Positions 60,411-64,000 of a stretch of 64,000 nt of DNA are shown one piece after another. Each line of letters begins with the position of its first letter. Position 1 is the first letter of the stretch. A program made the position numbers and the translations under genes. The notes under the pieces are model-generated. The model searched no databases. It had not been told where the DNA came from and saw only the letters and a program-made list of their open reading frames with translations. The stretch covers positions 201,810,001-201,874,000 of the forward strand of contig NC_042997.1 in NCBI RefSeq assembly GCF_006345805.1, in the 5' to 3' direction. The stretch comes from Octopus sinensis (taxonomy: Eukaryota).

Positions 60411-60697
60411 TAAATGGTTTCTCAGATCAATGATTTCTCCTTTAAAAATTAACTTACTCGCCTATTTTAAAAGACTCTGATTCCGTATGCACGCATTTCC
60501 TGTGTAAACTGTCTTCAAAACTATTTGATGTCTGCTAATTAATTCTCATTGAAGTAATCCTGTGATCAAAGTTTTACTACGATATTTTTGAAAGTGTATG
60601 TATAAATTAATGTTCAACCACAGACTAGTAGTAGTAGACTAGTGATAAGTATTTTAGGAACTTTAGAAATTGATTGCAGGAAGATAAACCTTATCAT

Positions 60698-60742
<45 letters not shown>

Positions 60743-61289
60743 GTATTTATTTATATATATATATATAATATACATACACACACTTTGTTGTTTATAGATG
60801 TTTACTGGGTGTGTGTTAAACATATGAAATAGTTTGAATACATGTGTTTAGAAAAGGAATATTGAAATCTGTTAATGTGTTGTTGATTCCAAGCAGGATA
60901 CTATTATTTGTGGTTACAGGCTAGAGAACATTTAGAAAGTAATCTCAGTCGTATGGAATCTAAAACACCTTTGACAACATCATCATATATACATGGCCTA
61001 CCTTTCATCTATAGCTTTATATTTCTTCTAAAACTTTTTTTTTAATACTGTTTTAATGTTTCCATACCACCACTATTCAAAATGTCTTGCTTCTCTATTT
61101 TTTTTTTTTTTGTGTCTGTGTTTTTCTAACACTCAAACTGTACCTAGGGTCTTTGACATGACTTTAAACTGCATCTGGTATAGTAGGGCCCTGATCTGAG
61201 AGTTCTAGGGTTTTGAGGAACTGTCTCTTAGCCACTATTGTTTCTAGGTCTGCTCTGGCCTGGAGTAGCAGCATCGGTCAGGATCCCAG

Positions 61290-61435
61290 CTATGGGTAAA
61301 TCTCCAGGGATACAGGCATCCAGCAACAGGACCTCCGTAATGCTATGATGGACCGTGAAGTCTGGCGTAGCATAGTAAATTCATCATCATCATCATCATT
61401 GTCTCAACCACGGTCGAACAATGATGATAATGATG
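61290..61435 (+). mobile_element. RTE LINE extreme 3' end
   Basis: SRDTGIQQQDLRNAMMDREVWRSIVNS matches the RTE C-terminal AM.DR..WR; (ATG)n tail. Confidence 0.75.
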
Positions 61436-61959
61436 GGTAAATTAGCATGTCCTGAAATTATTTCTAGAAGAAGGCCACTCACAGACCCTCCAAAGTAGCC
61501 TTGGTAGATGAGGCCCTTCAGCACTTTAGGTGCTCATCTAAGAGAAGGTAACTTCATAGAAATCTTGCATCCCGTTAACTCCTGGGCTCATCATACTTGT
61601 TGCAACAGTCCAGTGCAAACTTGGAGAACCAAAGTGTGGGATAGGTTCCACATGAACTATGCCCATTATAAAAATATTCATCCTGCAGGTTGTCCAACAA
61701 ACCGAGACACCAGTGTGCAGCTGTGACTTGTTGAACCCTCGTTTGTTAAAGCAATGGGAGAGTCCACACTGCCAAAACTTTCTAAATTTCATTCCAATGT
61801 TTTGCTGTCCTTTTAGCAAAATGTTGATTCTAAACTGCACTAACTTCAAAGAGTGTGTACATTCTTCAACTTCAAAACCTTGTGGAAAATTATTGGGAAA
61901 TCATATTTGTTTAACTTTTTAAGAAACAGCTGTTAGGCTTCATTGTTTTCTAAATGAAC

Positions 61960-62353
61960 ACAGGCATGTCTGTGTAGTAGAAAGCTTGCTTCCCAACCAC
62001 ATGGTTTTGGGTTCAGTCCCATTGCATGGCACCTTGGGTGTCTTCTTCTATAGCCTCAGGCTGACCAAAGCCTTGTGAATGGATTTGGTAGGCAGAAACT
62101 GAGAAAAGCCCATTTTGTGTGTGTCTGTCTGCATGTGTCTTTGTGTCTATGTTTGTCCCTTACTACTGCCTGACAGATGGTGTTGGTGTTTACACCCCCA
62201 TGACTTAGTGGTTCAGCGAAAAAGAACCAATAGAAAAATTACCAAGCTTAAGGAAAAAAAATAGAACTGAGCTGAATTCATTTAATTAAAAATTCTTTCA
62301 GGTGGTACCCCAGCATGGCCACAGTCTTATGAATGAAACAATTAAAAGATAAA
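61960..62353 (+). mobile_element. SINE family A, full length, diverged
   Basis: Diagnostic motifs. Confidence 0.85.
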
Positions 62354-62461
62354 CTATAAACATATTTCCTGAATAATAGACATATCATTTCATGACATCA
62401 GCCACACATGAAATGATAAGCAGTTCATGTCTGACATTGCACAGCGTTCTTGGTTTCAGTT

Positions 62462-62836
62462 ATGTATATTTTGTCCATCTTTATGTTCTGAGTTCAAATT
62501 CCACCAAGGCTTTCATCCTGTTGAGGGGGTCAATAAATTAACCCTTTCGTTATTGTATTTATTTTGAGATGCTCTGTGTTTCTTTCAATTACTTTAAATA
62601 TAACAAAGAATTTAGTAAAATAACTAAGTTATTATTCAGCTAGTGTTAGGAACATAAATTGTGACTAAGGTTTGGTGGAAGATTTTAATTCAAAACTTAT
62701 GAAAACAAGACATTTGTACTCAGATCCAGAGTTGGTTTCAGCTGGGTTGGTAACAAAAGTCAAGTACTAGGGTCATTGTAATCGACTAGTCCCCTCTCCC
62801 AAAATTTCAGGCCTTGTGCCTTTAGTAGAAAGGATT
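62462..62836 (+). mobile_element. SINE family B interrupted by a MITE
   Basis: B body breaks at AATAAATTAA and resumes AAGTACTAGGGTC at about 62762. Confidence 0.75.
62542..62760. mobile_element. piggyBac-type MITE nested in SINE B
   Basis: TTAA-CCCTTTCGTTA...GGTAACAAAAG. Confidence 0.75.
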
Positions 62837-63179
62837 TTCAGTTATGTAGAATCAAGTCTTTAAAAAACAACCAAAACATTTTATAAATGCTTTCCAGCAA
62901 TTTTCATTTGACGGCATATGAAAGCCTTTGTTTTTTTTTAAAAAAAGGTTCTAAAACAATCATGTTAGGTCCTTAATGTGAAGTTGAGCTTCCTATAAGC
63001 TTTAATGCACCAAAACTTTCTTGTCTGAATATGCACTGTTGAAATTGAGATATATCCATTATGCCTGTGTCATCAGATACAGTACTTTTAATATCCACTA
63101 CTTGTTTCCGACTTTGTTCCTCTTGGCCTACATTCCTAATGTTACTGAACACTCTAGTGTTGGTGCCTCTGAACATGCA

Positions 63180-63350
63180 CTTTTGTAAAAGTGGTTGGCA
63201 ACAGGAAGTGTATCAAGCCATAAAAACCATACCAAATGTCATGGATAAGTACTAATCTTCAGGAGCACTATCTCCTAGTAAGAAATAACTGAAAACATGA
63301 TGACCTCTCCGATTCATGCCAGCAGAGAAAGAGGATTTAAATTGATGAGT
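63180..63350 (+). mobile_element. Family C-type 3' tail, diverged
   Basis: GTGGTTGGCAACAGGAAG...ATTCATGCCAGCAG. Confidence 0.55.
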
Positions 63351-64000
63351 AATCAATCAATCAATCATTTTTTCTTTTATCAATATTATGTAGGTTTTAC
63401 AGGAAGGGTGATCTTTTCTTAAAAGCCTTTTTTTTTTAGTTTACTTTTTGCTTGACGGTCATGTAGTTTGCTGTTTAACCAATAAAAACATGAAAAAAAT
63501 TATGTTGAAATGCAATGACAGTGGAGATATCTTGAAAAGGTCGTGTGCACTGTTGCTATTCCCCTCCTCTGATTATCTTATAGGAACATATACTAATAAA
63601 GTAGCAATACTGATGTTGAAGGAAGTAAAAAATGATGACAATAATGATGGTAATGTATCATACATTGATGACCATTGTTAATTTGCTGTCACTATAAATT
63701 ATACATCACATTTATATAGCTGTCTCATTGTCTTCAGTATCATCATCATCTGCAGTGATGTTGTTATACAGACACTGTTTATGGGTGAGGTGGTTTTATA
63801 GTTTATATTTATTAGGATATTAAATTTAATGTTTAGATATATTGTTTCAAAGTATTCATATCTGTTCATCTTGTATTTAACTTACGTAACCTGTATCAAG
63901 TTTATACATTATTTTTATATCTTTATATTTTTGCATCTTGTAAGAATAATTCTCGAGAAAGTGCTGAGGCAAACAAATTAAAAAGTATTAAAATTTTTGT

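Noticed and set aside
60458-60531. 74-nt minus-strand exon candidate (TSNSFEDSLHRKCVHTESESFKIG) with a GTAAGT donor
   Set aside because: The acceptor lacks a pyrimidine tract and the peptide is unrecognised; expected by chance in 64 kb.
61508-61726. PVQTWRTKVWDRFHMNYA resembling a Gypsy integrase segment
   Set aside because: No following D..D..E motifs; an RTE 5'-UTR-like motif lies just upstream; similarity too weak to call.

Overview
AT-rich eukaryotic non-coding DNA with no recognisable intact protein-coding gene. The SINE repertoire and microsatellite load resemble Octopus (coleoid cephalopod) genomes; this is an inference, as no database search was run. The window is dominated by interspersed repeats: dozens of copies of several SINE-like families (working labels A-E, defined in the first feature of each), three non-autonomous Helitrons, piggyBac-, hAT- and Tigger-type MITEs, a full-length but dead mariner (11255-12692), decayed RTE, CR1/L2-like and endonuclease LINE fragments, and many microsatellites. 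Most ORFs in the supplied track are repeat artefacts. The strongest hidden signal is a compact cluster at 31.3-33.1 kb. It holds an apparently intact minimal, dimer-type hammerhead ribozyme (32811-32851) with a competing 'off' hairpin, a 400-bp palindrome with a decayed hammerhead-like motif in each arm, a perfect (TA)37 palindrome and a broken opposite-strand motif; these look like Penelope-like terminal relics. Other notable structures are fold-back/template-switch hairpins inside SINEs (1355-1476, 3067-3504), a 3.4-kb inverted duplication with an identity gradient (48487-51904), dimeric SINEs inserted within single target-site duplications (TSDs), and SINEs with expanding internal hairpin arrays. 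Coordinates of decayed repeats are approximate to tens of bases.
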